Source: Patescibacteria group bacterium (lineage in GTDB: Bacteria; Patescibacteriota; UBA1384; UBA12157; JAENIV01). Taken from it: a DNA stretch of 64,000 nt. Positions 10,293 through 20,523 of this stretch are shown here, one piece after another. Each line of letters opens with the position of its first letter. The stretch's first letter is position 1. The notes beneath the pieces were generated by a model. That model was not told where the DNA came from, made no database searches, and saw only the letters and a program-made list of their open reading frames with translations. The DNA is taken from positions 2,421 to 66,420 of the forward strand of contig JBAYHL010000001.1 of the NCBI GenBank assembly GCA_041666185.1. Reading direction: 5' to 3'. The position numbers and the translations under genes were made by a program.

Positions 10293-11879
10293 TTAGAGAC
10301 CAGGTATACCAAGACTACCACCACCAGGGCCGCTACGATTACTAGACGACGATTTACTCGATGACGAACTGGAACTTTTTGCCGTATCTGTTGTAACCGT
10401 TTGGGTAATTACGGTATCGCCTTCGCTTAAACCGCTGGTAACTTCTATATCTGTATCGTTAGAAATACCAACTTCAACTGATTGCTCTGTTACTAAGCTA
10501 TCTTTCATGATTTGAACATAATGCGTATTCCCGGAAGTTTTTACCGCTGAAGCAGAAATATACAAAACATTTTGTTTTACTTCTGTAACAATTTCCGCGC
10601 TAACATTCATTTGAGGTTTTACCTTTAAGTTAAGCTCATCAATACCAATTGTTACGTTATAAGTAATAACATTTTGACTATTTGTACCAGTTTGATTAAT
10701 TTTTTCCACTTTCCCGGTTAAAGTCAAATCAGTAATTGCATCAAAAGTTAGAGTTGTTTTTTGACCTTTTTGGACTTTTGAAATATCGGCTTCATTAATA
10801 GCAACTGAAGCTTTTAAAGTGCTTAAATCGTCAATTACCATCGATGCGCTAGAAGACGATGAACTACTGCTTGCACTTGTTGAGGAAGATGTTGATGTTG
10901 ACGTTGACGAAGTACTGCTGCTTGAAGAACCTCCTACAGTATCACCGTTTTTAATATTTAAAGTAGTTACCATACCAGAAATTGATGCTCTAACTGTACG
11001 TTTAGAGGCTTGCGTTTTTTCATTATTATAACTAGCAAGAGCAGCATCAACATTTAATTGTGCCGTATCGATAGCTGCCTGACTACTTACAAGTTGCTGC
11101 TGAGCAATTTCTTGATTTATTCCAGAGTTAGCCAGTGCCTGATTATAGGATGCTTGTGTATCAATATAATTTTGTCGAGCAGCTTTAAGGGCTATGCTAG
11201 CAATTTCCGCTTTTTCGTCAGCAATAGTAATTTCAGTAGTCGTAACACTTCCTGGGGTAGTATCGTCTTTTTCAATCAATTTATTATAATCGCTATTTGC
11301 TTGCAGTAACGATGTGTAAGCACTTTCCAATGATTGCTCTGCTTGCAAAAGCGATGACGCCGCTTTAGTAACTTCAGTATTTTGATTAGTTTGAGATAAA
11401 TTTAATTGATTTTGAAGATACTGAGTTTGAGCGTTTTGTAATGACTGAACTGCTTGCGTATAACTTGCATAAGACTTGGTTAAGCTAATATCTGTTTCAG
11501 GACTTTCAATGTAAAAAAGAAATTGACCTTTTTCGACTTGATCGCCAACAGAAACTTTTAAATTAGATACTGTTCCAGAAACTGTCGGCTTAATACTCTC
11601 TTCTTGGTCAACTGTCATATTGCCACTTCCAGAAACTGAGCTAGTAATCATGCCTTTTTGAACTGTTTCTGTTTGGTATTGTGTCTTAGAACTAGAATTT
11701 TTTTTGTAATAATAGTATCCCCCACTAGTAATTAGGATAATAATAATGCCAATAATAAAATATTTTCTACGTCCAGAGAAAATAATTTTTAATTTTGGGC
11801 AGAAACTTTTAATCGAAGTAAAAACTTTTTTAAACATAAAAACCGTTCTTTCTAAAACAGTGTTGTTTTTTAACAACAA
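10293..11879 (-). CDS. HlyD-family periplasmic adaptor (membrane fusion protein) with Ser/Thr-rich linker
   Basis: N-terminal TM, long coiled-coil, lipoyl/beta-barrel regions, poly-Ser/Thr tract; the start codon is ambiguous. Confidence 0.75.
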   Translation of the reverse strand: MLLKNNTVLERTVFMFKKVFTSIKSFCPKLKIIFSGRRKYFIIGIIIILITSGGYYYYKKNSSSKTQYQTETVQKGMITSSVSGSGNMTVDQEESIKPTVSGTVSNLKVSVGDQVEKGQFLFYIESPETDISLTKSYASYTQAVQSLQNAQTQYLQNQLNLSQTNQNTEVTKAASSLLQAEQSLESAYTSLLQANSDYNKLIEKDDTTPGSVTTTEITIADEKAEIASIALKAARQNYIDTQASYNQALANSGINQEIAQQQLVSSQAAIDTAQLNVDAALASYNNEKTQASKRTVRASISGMVTTLNIKNGDTVGGSSSSSTSSTSTSTSSSTSASSSSSSSSASMVIDDLSTLKASVAINEADISKVQKGQKTTLTFDAITDLTLTGKVEKINQTGTNSQNVITYNVTIGIDELNLKVKPQMNVSAEIVTEVKQNVLYISASAVKTSGNTHYVQIMKDSLVTEQSVEVGISNDTDIEVTSGLSEGDTVITQTVTTDTAKSSSSSSSKSSSSNRSGPGGGSLGIPGL

Positions 11880-11984
11880 TTTCTTAACTTTAGTCCCTGC
11901 CTTTTTGCTTCCCCTTCTTTCTCAAATTAAAAGATTAACCTGAGAATCTGCTTAAAAGAGAAGATCCTTACAAATTAAAATAGT

Positions 11985-12644
11985 TTATTGATATTTTTTA
12001 ATTGGCTTATAAGATTTTCTGTGATGAGCGCTTGGACCTAATTTTTCCAAAACTCTTTGATGCAACTTTGTTCCATAACCTTTATGGAGCCGGAAACAAT
12101 ATCCTTTTATTTCTTCGTCTAACCGTATCATTAAATCGTCCCTATAAACTTTAGCAATAATCGAAGCCGCCGCAATTGAAACGCAAGTCATGTCGCCTTT
12201 TATCAAATAACGACAGCCCATTCGACTCGTCCCCACTCGCTCAGGGTAAAGTAGGGGAATAGTACCATCAATTAAAACAAAATCAACATCAATTTTTAAA
12301 GCCTCAATTGCCCGCCGAAACGCTAATTGGGTTGCTTTTGTTAATTTTAATTCATCAACTTCTTGGACAGTCACTTCTCCAACCCCCCAAATACAAGTTT
12401 TCTTTATTTTTTTCGCCAGTTTTTCTCTATCACCCGCTTTTAATAATTTGGAGTCGCGTAAACCATAATATCTTTTATCTAAAACGACGGCCGCTGCCAC
12501 GAGTGGCCCTGCCCAGGCACCCCGTCCCACTTCATCAAGCCCACAAATAATTTCAAATCCTTCTTCTTTAAGGGCCGATTCGTGATCATTTTTAGGAATT
12601 CTAAGTCTCTTAGTTAGCTTTAATTTTGGACCTGGCTTTTTCAT
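11985..12644 (-). CDS. rnhB: ribonuclease HII
   Basis: GLDEVGRGAWAGPLVAAAVVL catalytic motif. Confidence 0.9.
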   Translation of the reverse strand: MKKPGPKLKLTKRLRIPKNDHESALKEEGFEIICGLDEVGRGAWAGPLVAAAVVLDKRYYGLRDSKLLKAGDREKLAKKIKKTCIWGVGEVTVQEVDELKLTKATQLAFRRAIEALKIDVDFVLIDGTIPLLYPERVGTSRMGCRYLIKGDMTCVSIAAASIIAKVYRDDLMIRLDEEIKGYCFRLHKGYGTKLHQRVLEKLGPSAHHRKSYKPIKKYQ

Positions 12645-12708
12645 ATTTTTATTGTAACAAAAAAAGGACGTTTAGTTTCAAACCAAACGTCCTTCAAGTT
12701 AGTTCAGG

Positions 12709-15441
12709 CTAGTCTTTTTTGCTTTTGACAACCTGAAGATCTTTAAACAGCGAGGTTAAATCCTTGACCTCCCGTCTAATCGATTTAAGACCGGTAATTG
12801 GCCGATCAATATAGATTCGCGCAAGTATTTGACCCTCCTCTGTTTGGAGGCTAATCAAATCAATCTCGCGATGACCGTTAGATAGACCAAGTTGCTCGTC
12901 TGACATACTTGCCACACAAGCGCAAGTGTTAGTTTGTCCTATCCCTACGGAATAGCAAATCGGGCACTTGCCAAGATCATCGTCAACCAACGCTTCAAAG
13001 TATTCTTGACAGAATGCCAGTTTTTCTTGGTATTCACGACTAGAACGAATATGTTCTTCGCAAAAATGCTGAAGATCAGCTATTCGATTAGGCGCTTCTT
13101 CCAAGAAACGATCATTGACATACTCACTCTTTAATCCTGATACAATCGTTGCTGCCATAACCTTCAGATCCCAAGCATCTTCCGGAACTTCTGGCAGAGT
13201 TGTTAGAAGCGTTTGTGCTACTTGATATCGTTTTTCTTGCACCTGACGAAACTTCGCTTCTTCTTCTCGTCGCCTCTCGAGATATTTAGCCTGTTCTTTA
13301 TCAAGTCGTTCTCGTATTTCCTCCTGTTCCAGCAAAGTTAATCGTCTTCTCTCCATCAAACCTTTGATCTCTTCCGAGGTAAAGCTTCGATACCGATTGA
13401 CGCCAGGAGAGCTAAAAAGATCACATTCTTCTGGTGACATTTCTCTCTCTTCGGAAGATCCTTGTTCAAGGATTCTACCTTCAAAAGTAACCTCCTCGTG
13501 AATACGAAGATTATTACTAAACAGTGAAGGTGAATACTTAGTAACCGTCTCCACTTTTTCTGGGAAGAACTCTTGTAGTTCATCCGGATTTACTGCCATA
13601 CAAGAATGGGCATAAAGTTTAGTTGTTGTCTGCGCTTTGAAATACCAAAGTAATCGCGGCGAAGAAAAACCACTAAACGTCACCGAAGAGGGATGGATGT
13701 AAATATCTTCTAATTTTCCCATCAACGACTGATAATCATGACTCATACCTTGTATACAGATCTGATCAGGTCGCGCTTTGAGCAAAGCTCTTTTAAGCTT
13801 GCTAAAGCCATCTTTAGTCGAGTCGATTGGTAAACCCTGTTCAGAAGCAATCTGCAAAAGTTGTCCTCTGACATCCCTTGCTTCTTGCATCCTTTTAGGG
13901 TTCAACCCTTGGTCCTTAGCCCAATCCCAAGAAAAATTCGCTTCATGATATTCTTGCCAGAGCTTGAGATAAACTTCCGGATCAGATTTACAATCCCCAG
14001 TTACACTCAAATACTTCGGAATACCATCTTTTGATTTTTTTGGTATTGGTCGGGACTCTATCATTGCTAGGAATGTCGCCATTTCAACAACAGCGTCTTC
14101 CTTAGCTGCTTGAACCAGTAAGTGAGCCAATTCCGGTATTAACGGAAAATCAGCAATTTGTTGACCGTAGTCAGTTAAAGCCATCAACGAATCTAGGGCT
14201 CCAATACTAACCAGGGCTTTCTTTGCCGACTCGACCTGTTTAGAATCAGGTTTGTTTAGCAAAGGAAAGTTTTCAAAATCAGAGATGCCAACCGATGCCA
14301 TAACCATTAAGGCTTGGCTTAAATTGGCTCGCTGAATAGCCGGGACATCGTAATCAGAGTGTTTATTATAGTCCTGCTTTGTAAAGCAATGGTAACAAAC
14401 ACCTGGTTGGACTCGCCCCGCTCGTCCAGCCCTTTGCATATCAGAGGCTTTACTAGTATCAATTAATTTAATATTAACAATACCAGTTACTGCATCGCAA
14501 AAGTCTTTCTTGACTTGACCGCTGTTAATTACCACCGTGACATCAGGAATTGTTAACGAAGTTTCAGCCACATTGGTAGCAAAAAACACTCTTTGGTGAC
14601 TACTGGGATTGAGCATGTCTTCCAATTCTTCCAAAGGCATCTCACCGTAAGCCAACAAAGTTTGCACCGACGAATTAAGACGATCGAAGTGTTTTTTGGC
14701 TCTTTCGAGATCATCGATCCCTGCAAGAAAAACCAAAATATCACCTCTTTCGCCATCATCAATCAAACTCGCCGCTTTATTGGCAACAAACTCAGCCATT
14801 CCACAACGTTCCGCACCCCACCTTCCGTCGGAAAAACTGTTGTAAGGCGAGACTTCCTCAAAGATATGCTCGACCGGAAAAGTTCGACCATCGCATTCAA
14901 TAACTGTGGCGGCATCAGTACCAAAGAAAGCCACTAAATCATCTGTGCGAATAGTCGCTGAACTAATTACCAATCTAAAATCAGGTCGTTTTGTCAAGGT
15001 AAGTTTTGCCAACCCTAGCAACATATCAATGTCGAGACTCCGCTCATGAAACTCGTCGAGCATCAAAACAGAGTACTTCTGGAAGTCAGGAGAGTTTTTG
15101 GCTTCCTGAAGAAAAATTCCTTCAGTTGCCAACTTAATCTTGGTTGAAAAACTCACCTGATCATCAAACCTGACCTGAAAACCCACCTCCTGACCAGTTT
15201 TTACACCTCTTTCAAAGGCAATTCTTCTGGCGCTAGAAGCGGCGGCCACCCTTCGAGGTTGAGATACACCGATCATACCTGATTCGGCGTATCCAGCTTC
15301 AAACAAGATCTGTGAAAGTTGGGTTGTCTTACCTGATCCTGTTTCAGCCGAAACGATTACTACCTGATACCTTTTTAGGGCATCTAGGAATGCCTGCTCG
15401 ACACTCCAAATTGGAAGCATCCTGTTACCTGGAAGATTCAT
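12709..15441 (-). CDS. ATP-dependent DEAH-box RNA helicase, HrpA/HrpB-like, with coiled-coil and Cys-cluster C-terminal extension
   Basis: Walker A TGSGKTTQ, DEFHER box, helicase C motifs (QRAGRAGR), HA2-like region; C-terminal CPICYS...CAC cluster. Confidence 0.8.
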   Translation of the reverse strand: MNLPGNRMLPIWSVEQAFLDALKRYQVVIVSAETGSGKTTQLSQILFEAGYAESGMIGVSQPRRVAAASSARRIAFERGVKTGQEVGFQVRFDDQVSFSTKIKLATEGIFLQEAKNSPDFQKYSVLMLDEFHERSLDIDMLLGLAKLTLTKRPDFRLVISSATIRTDDLVAFFGTDAATVIECDGRTFPVEHIFEEVSPYNSFSDGRWGAERCGMAEFVANKAASLIDDGERGDILVFLAGIDDLERAKKHFDRLNSSVQTLLAYGEMPLEELEDMLNPSSHQRVFFATNVAETSLTIPDVTVVINSGQVKKDFCDAVTGIVNIKLIDTSKASDMQRAGRAGRVQPGVCYHCFTKQDYNKHSDYDVPAIQRANLSQALMVMASVGISDFENFPLLNKPDSKQVESAKKALVSIGALDSLMALTDYGQQIADFPLIPELAHLLVQAAKEDAVVEMATFLAMIESRPIPKKSKDGIPKYLSVTGDCKSDPEVYLKLWQEYHEANFSWDWAKDQGLNPKRMQEARDVRGQLLQIASEQGLPIDSTKDGFSKLKRALLKARPDQICIQGMSHDYQSLMGKLEDIYIHPSSVTFSGFSSPRLLWYFKAQTTTKLYAHSCMAVNPDELQEFFPEKVETVTKYSPSLFSNNLRIHEEVTFEGRILEQGSSEEREMSPEECDLFSSPGVNRYRSFTSEEIKGLMERRRLTLLEQEEIRERLDKEQAKYLERRREEEAKFRQVQEKRYQVAQTLLTTLPEVPEDAWDLKVMAATIVSGLKSEYVNDRFLEEAPNRIADLQHFCEEHIRSSREYQEKLAFCQEYFEALVDDDLGKCPICYSVGIGQTNTCACVASMSDEQLGLSNGHREIDLISLQTEEGQILARIYIDRPITGLKSIRREVKDLTSLFKDLQVVKSKKD

Positions 15442-15629
15442 GAGTCTTCCTCCTTTGTAAGATTGAGCAGGTCTTTCGACCCGCTCTTATGGCGGGTCGC
15501 TATTTAATTTTCAAGATACAAAAACAATTTTTTATTATAGCACTTTTTATACCTAATGTCAAGGTAAGATTGACAAAAATAACTTTTAAATTTATTATAA
15601 AAAGTCACGCTTGAAATCAAAGCAAAGGA

Positions 15630-15944
15630 GTGAAAACAGTTATGGCAAAAATAGAAGGAATTAGAACTGTTTTGCTTAGTAGTCTTGGCATTTGTGAACA
15701 CTGTCAAGAATTAATAACTATTTCCGATCTGCCAGCTGACGCCATGGACACTGATTGGCGCTGCCCAAAATGCAAAGGTATTTTAAACGGAGAATCCTTT
15801 GGTTATGAAGGTAAATCAAAACGGACCAAATGGGTCGGAAAAGATGGTAAATGGACCACTGACCAACCAGCTGAAAGTTTCTATCTTAAAAATTGGGAAG
15901 TAATTCCCAATATGCCCCCGCCACCATTTTTCTCCCGTTTATGA
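15630..15944 (+). CDS. small zinc-ribbon protein (CxxC...CxxC), hypothetical
   Basis: GGAG SD, CEHCQ and CPKCK pairs, Pro-rich tail. Confidence 0.55.
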   Translation: MKTVMAKIEGIRTVLLSSLGICEHCQELITISDLPADAMDTDWRCPKCKGILNGESFGYEGKSKRTKWVGKDGKWTTDQPAESFYLKNWEVIPNMPPPPFFSRL

Positions 15945-15963
15945 CCCCCTTTTTCCCATTTCA

Positions 15964-15995
15964 ACGGATGTTTAAACTAAAACATCCGTTTTTTT
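15964..15995 (+). terminator. rho-independent terminator
   Basis: CGGATGTTT-loop-AAACATCCG followed by T8. Confidence 0.7.
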
Positions 15996-16000
15996 TAAAA

Positions 16001-16033
16001 TAAAAAAACGGCAAGTGGTATTAGCACTTGCCC
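16001..16033 (-). terminator. rho-independent terminator for the uvrA transcript
   Basis: GGCAAGTG-loop-CACTTGCC followed by T7 on the minus strand. Confidence 0.65.
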
Positions 16034-16050
16034 TAAAAAGAACAAAAAAA

Positions 16051-16245
16051 TTAGTTTTCCCTATGTCTACCCAATTTCCGCCTTGGTTGCCTCGTAAGCC
16101 GTTCGGCCGCTTCTCGTAAAATTCCTCTTTCTCTAGTGTTAAGACGAATACGGTTTCTGGCCATTACTCGCAAAACATATCCTAAATCGTTATTAGACGT
16201 CTCTAATAACGGCCGACAGTATCTTGCCCTCATTACTAAGTTCAC
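16051..16245 (-). CDS. small Arg-rich hypothetical protein (64 aa), or structured 3'UTR RNA
   Basis: GGGGAGG SD 10 nt before the ATG; local GC is elevated; contains a 10-bp perfect hairpin (CGTTATTAGA-gacg-TCTAATAACG). Confidence 0.3.
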   Translation of the reverse strand: MNLVMRARYCRPLLETSNNDLGYVLRVMARNRIRLNTRERGILREAAERLTRQPRRKLGRHREN

Positions 16246-16261
16246 CTCCCCTTACAGAACT

Positions 16262-19063
16262 TTATAAAATCTCTTTGAGATACTTACCAGTGTAGGACTT
16301 GGCAACTTTCGCCACTTGCTCCGGTGTACCTTCAGCAACGATTTCACCACCACCTTCTCCACCTTCTGGACCTAAATCAATCACCCAGTCGGCTGATTTA
16401 ATAACATCAGTGTTGTGTTCAATAACAACAACTGTATTGCCTTTATCTACTAATGCCTGCAAAACAGACAAAAGTCTTTTAATATCTTCGAAGTGAAGAC
16501 CAGTTGTTGGCTCATCTAGAATATACAAAGTTCGACCAGTATCATGTCTGGCAAGTTCGGCCGCCAATTTGATACGTTGAGCCTCACCTCCGGATAAAGT
16601 ATTTGCTGGCTGACCCAAATGCATATAACCCAAACCAACTGATTCTAAAACCTTTAACTTATCGCAAATATCCGGAAAATCTTTAAAGAATTCCAAAGCA
16701 TCTTCAACCGTCATGGCCAAAACATCGGCGATTGTTTTACCACGATATGTAACTTCTAAAATTTCTGGGCTGTAACGTTTACCTTTACAATCTGGACAGG
16801 TCACATAAACATCTGGCAAAAAGTGCATTTCGATTTTTAGTACACCATCTCCTCGACAAGTCTCGCAACGACCACCACGAAGATTAAAAGAAAACTTTGA
16901 AGCGTCTAATTTCTTAGAAAGTGCTTCTGGTGTTGTCGCAAAAATATCTCGAATATGAGTGAATAAATTAGTATAAGTTGTTAAGTTAGATCGAGGTGTA
17001 CGGCCAATCGGTGATTGATCAACTGAAATAACTTTATCTAAAAACTTAGTTCCAGAAATTGCCTTGTGCTTGCCAATCTCTGCCTTAGCTCGATGAAATT
17101 TAACCGACAAAAAGTTAGCTAAAATATCTAAAATTAAAGTTGACTTACCACTACCCGAAACACCCGTAACACAAACAAAGTTGTTTAAAGGAATGCGAGC
17201 ATCAATATTTTTTAAGTTAAATTCTGAAGCACCCCTGACAATCAACTCTTCTTTTGTTTGTGGTCGTCTTTTTTTAGGAATTTCTATTTTCTTAGCCCCA
17301 GAAAGATACTGACCAGTTAGCGATTCGGGATTTTTCATTATTTGAGCTAACGTTCCTTCAGCGACAACTTTACCGCCATGATCACCTGCTCCTGGACCAA
17401 TATCAATCACCCAATCAGCTTTTTCGATTGTCAAAGGATCGTGTTCGACAACAATGACTGAATTACCAGCCTTTTTCAAAACATCAAATGTTTTCAAAAG
17501 TTTTTCCTGATCACGAGGATGAAGACCAATTGACGGTTCGTCTAAAACGTAAATCACCCCCATTAAACCTGTTCCTAACTGAGTTGCAAGTCTTATACGT
17601 TGAGCCTCACCTCCAGCAAGAGTTGAAGCGCTTCTGTCTAATGTTAAATAGCCTAAACCAACATCGAGTAAAAATTTCAAACGCTCGGAGATGCTAGCAA
17701 CAATTTTCGAAGCAATAAACTTCTCATTTTCGCTCAAATCACTTTGCATTAAATTCTTGTTAAAATATTCATGCAATTTTTCAATACTCATTGAAGCGAT
17801 ATCGATAATGTTTTTATCACCAATAGTAACATTTAAAACTTCTGAACGTAAACGCTTACCTTTACAATCAGGACAGATTTTTTCAACCATGTATTTCTCA
17901 ATTTCGTTCTTTAAATAATCCGAATCAGTTTCTTTGTAACGTCGCTGCAAATTAGGGATAACTCCTTCAAACCCGTTGTCGAGATTTTTATCACCATACA
18001 AAACAACTTGGCGAATCTTTTTTGGTAATTCGCCAATGGGGGTGTCTAAAGAGAACTTATGGCGACGGGCAATCTCTGAAAGAACTTTATTGTACCAATT
18101 AATGTGTGATGTAATTCGAGACCAAGGCCTAATCGCTCCTTCAGCTAAAGTCAATCTGGGATTTGGTAAAACTAATTCTGGATCAATTTCATAACGACGA
18201 CCTAAGCCCTGACAGGTAGGACAAGCACCTTGCGGAGAGTTAAATGAAAATATTTTAGGATGAAGTTCGTCAAGAGTTGTCTGGCATTTCGGACAGGTAA
18301 AATCTTTGGAATATTTTTTCTCTTTGTTCGAGTCGGCATCTTTAATAATCAAATTGCCATTGCCAAGTTTTAAAACCTTTTCAGCAATTTTAATAAGAAC
18401 CAGTAAAGGTAAAATATTTAAATCTTGACTAGTTTCTTCAACTAAAGCTTCAATAGTGTGAGGCTTTGATTTGTCTAAATTTAAGAGTTGGGCTTCAACA
18501 ATATCAACCAAAACACCATCAATTCGCACTTTAGTAATTTTTTGGTTTTTAAGCTGGCCGATTAGATATTTGTGTTCTCCTTTTTGATGTTTAACTTGAG
18601 GAGCAAAAAACATAAGATGTTTTAAGCCTTTGAATTCTTTTAAAATTTCCTGAACCATTTCTTCAGGCGACATTCGTTCAAACATTTTTCCACAAGTTGG
18701 ACAATGCGGATGACCAATTCTGGCAAATAGAACTCTTAAATAATCGTAAATTTCTGTGACCGTACCAACTGTTGAGCGAGGATTTTGAGAAGCGCTTCTT
18801 TGATCAATAGAAATTGCTGGGGAAAGATTTTCAATCCAATCAAAATCTGGCTTTTCTAGATTGCCAAAAAACTGTCTTGCATAAGTCGAAAGAGATTCGA
18901 CATAACGACGTTGTCCTTCAGCATAGATCGTATCAAAAGCCAAAGTTGATTTTCCGCTCCCGGAAAGACCGGTAATAACAACAATTTCATCCCGTGGGAT
19001 TTCTAAATTAATATTTTTTAAATTGTGCTCACGAGCACCATGAATAATGATTTTATCTCTCAT
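16262..19063 (-). CDS. uvrA: excinuclease ABC subunit A
   Basis: Two ABC modules ([18 protein letters not shown]), zinc-finger CxxC pairs, full length (933 aa). Confidence 0.95.
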   Translation of the reverse strand: MRDKIIIHGAREHNLKNINLEIPRDEIVVITGLSGSGKSTLAFDTIYAEGQRRYVESLSTYARQFFGNLEKPDFDWIENLSPAISIDQRSASQNPRSTVGTVTEIYDYLRVLFARIGHPHCPTCGKMFERMSPEEMVQEILKEFKGLKHLMFFAPQVKHQKGEHKYLIGQLKNQKITKVRIDGVLVDIVEAQLLNLDKSKPHTIEALVEETSQDLNILPLLVLIKIAEKVLKLGNGNLIIKDADSNKEKKYSKDFTCPKCQTTLDELHPKIFSFNSPQGACPTCQGLGRRYEIDPELVLPNPRLTLAEGAIRPWSRITSHINWYNKVLSEIARRHKFSLDTPIGELPKKIRQVVLYGDKNLDNGFEGVIPNLQRRYKETDSDYLKNEIEKYMVEKICPDCKGKRLRSEVLNVTIGDKNIIDIASMSIEKLHEYFNKNLMQSDLSENEKFIASKIVASISERLKFLLDVGLGYLTLDRSASTLAGGEAQRIRLATQLGTGLMGVIYVLDEPSIGLHPRDQEKLLKTFDVLKKAGNSVIVVEHDPLTIEKADWVIDIGPGAGDHGGKVVAEGTLAQIMKNPESLTGQYLSGAKKIEIPKKRRPQTKEELIVRGASEFNLKNIDARIPLNNFVCVTGVSGSGKSTLILDILANFLSVKFHRAKAEIGKHKAISGTKFLDKVISVDQSPIGRTPRSNLTTYTNLFTHIRDIFATTPEALSKKLDASKFSFNLRGGRCETCRGDGVLKIEMHFLPDVYVTCPDCKGKRYSPEILEVTYRGKTIADVLAMTVEDALEFFKDFPDICDKLKVLESVGLGYMHLGQPANTLSGGEAQRIKLAAELARHDTGRTLYILDEPTTGLHFEDIKRLLSVLQALVDKGNTVVVIEHNTDVIKSADWVIDLGPEGGEGGGEIVAEGTPEQVAKVAKSYTGKYLKEIL

Positions 19064-19085
19064 ATAGCTCTCATTAAACTTATAC

Positions 19086-19104
19086 TTTTGCTAGTATAGC
19101 AAAA
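19086..19104. promoter_or_regulatory. perfect inverted repeat TTTTGCTA-gta-TAGCAAAA just upstream of the uvrA start
   Basis: 8-bp arms; position is compatible with an operator (e.g. an SOS-type box) for uvrA. Confidence 0.25.
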
Positions 19105-19291
19105 AAAATTATTTTTGACAATACCCCTAAGTTAGAGGAACCACCATTTGACAACCGAGCAAAATTTCCTTAAATTTAAAACTAAGAACAATATTAAAAA
19201 AATAAAAGAAATGCACTTCGCGATTTTGCTGGTAGTCATAAAAACAAGAGCGGCTTGCCAGCCGTAGCTTTAGCGAAGGCTGGAGGTTTAT

Positions 19292-19726
19292 ATGTTAGGT
19301 GACAAACGCCCTACCACTTCAGGACAAGGAACAGTTGTTGGTGCCAATGTTAAATTAATCGGTACTCTTCAAGATGCTAACGATATTGTTATTCACGGCC
19401 GAATTGAAGGAGAAGTTATCTCCAATCAAGCCATTAACATTACTGAAACTGCTTATGTTAAAGGACCCGTTTCGGGAGAATTAGTAACAATTGCTGGAAA
19501 AGTTCGAGGATCAATTACGGCTACTGGCAAATTAGAAATTTTGCCAACTGGAAAAGTTTTTGGCTCAATTACCAGCAAAGATCTTTCTATTAAATCTGGA
19601 GCAATTTTTGTTGGCAAATGCACTATGCCAGAAGGCGAAAAAGAAGAAGCTTTAGATATAGAAGAAAACATTGCCGCTAAAGAAACCCACCCAACAGCCG
19701 AAAAAGCAACTTACGAAGTAGAGTAA
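19292..19726 (+). CDS. bactofilin (DUF583) cytoskeletal protein
   Basis: Repetitive beta-helical GxxVxGxI motifs, acidic C-terminal tail. Confidence 0.8.
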   Translation: MLGDKRPTTSGQGTVVGANVKLIGTLQDANDIVIHGRIEGEVISNQAINITETAYVKGPVSGELVTIAGKVRGSITATGKLEILPTGKVFGSITSKDLSIKSGAIFVGKCTMPEGEKEEALDIEENIAAKETHPTAEKATYEVE

Positions 19727-19738
19727 AGAATTTGATCA

Positions 19739-20497
19739 ATGTACTACTATATAATAGAGCCTTCAAAAGGAAAATTTATTCGTAACAACCAGGAAAAGAT
19801 TAAGGACATTTTGGGAAATTTAGGAATTGCTGGCGAAACTGTCATGCCAAATTCCGCTCGAACAATCGAGGAGCTTACTCATCTTGGTGTTGTTAAAGGT
19901 TACTCGACAATTGTTGCTGTTGGCTCAGAATCACTAGTTAATAAAGTTATTACCGTTTTAGCAACTGAAGATTTAGCCAAAAATACTGTTCTTGGTGTTA
20001 TTCCTGATGATTTTAATTCACCTCTTACAAAAAGAATTGGCGTCACCGATATTAATTCTGCTTGCCAAGCTTTAAAGTTGCGTAAATTAGAAACTGTCGA
20101 TCTTGGTCTTATTGAGCCAAATAAATATTTTTTAACCGAAGCTGTTATTGAACCAATAAAACATAAGGAAATATTTTTCTCAATGGAAAAAATTAAAGGT
20201 AAATCTTTTGCCAAAAAAGTTATTATTAAGCCTGGTCTCGACATAACTTTATGTGATCCTTCGCTCGAAGGAGGAACTTCTAAAAAATTCTACCAATGGT
20301 TATTTAGTAAAAAAGAAAAGGATATTTATACCAGTAATTTTATAACTCGACGCATTAGATTCGAGTCTGAAAAAGATAATTTACCAATCAAAGTTTCCGA
20401 CGAAATTGTTGCCAAAACACCGGCAACGTTCTCAAATCGCGGTCGGATCTTGAAAATTATTGTCGCACGTGATAGAATGAAACAAGAAAATAAATAA
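19739..20497 (+). CDS. DAGK_cat-like lipid kinase/NAD kinase superfamily protein with degenerate GGDG motif
   Basis: STIVAVGSESLVNKV in place of GGDGT; general YegS/BmrU-like fold pattern. Confidence 0.35.
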   Translation: MYYYIIEPSKGKFIRNNQEKIKDILGNLGIAGETVMPNSARTIEELTHLGVVKGYSTIVAVGSESLVNKVITVLATEDLAKNTVLGVIPDDFNSPLTKRIGVTDINSACQALKLRKLETVDLGLIEPNKYFLTEAVIEPIKHKEIFFSMEKIKGKSFAKKVIIKPGLDITLCDPSLEGGTSKKFYQWLFSKKEKDIYTSNFITRRIRFESEKDNLPIKVSDEIVAKTPATFSNRGRILKIIVARDRMKQENK

Positions 20498-20523
20498 ACA
20501 AGTTTATTTTAAGAGGAAGTAAA

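Noticed and set aside
10850-10950. Repetitive GAT/GAA/GCT-rich DNA
   Set aside because: It is the poly-Ser/Thr low-complexity linker within the HlyD adaptor gene, not an independent repeat element. The antisense ORFs 10819-11031 and 11058-11309 are by-products.
15470-15505. Hairpin CGACCCGC-tcttatg-GCGGGTCG upstream of the helicase start
   Set aside because: Not followed by a proper U-tract on the relevant strand. It may be a leader structure, but the evidence is insufficient to call it a terminator or riboswitch.
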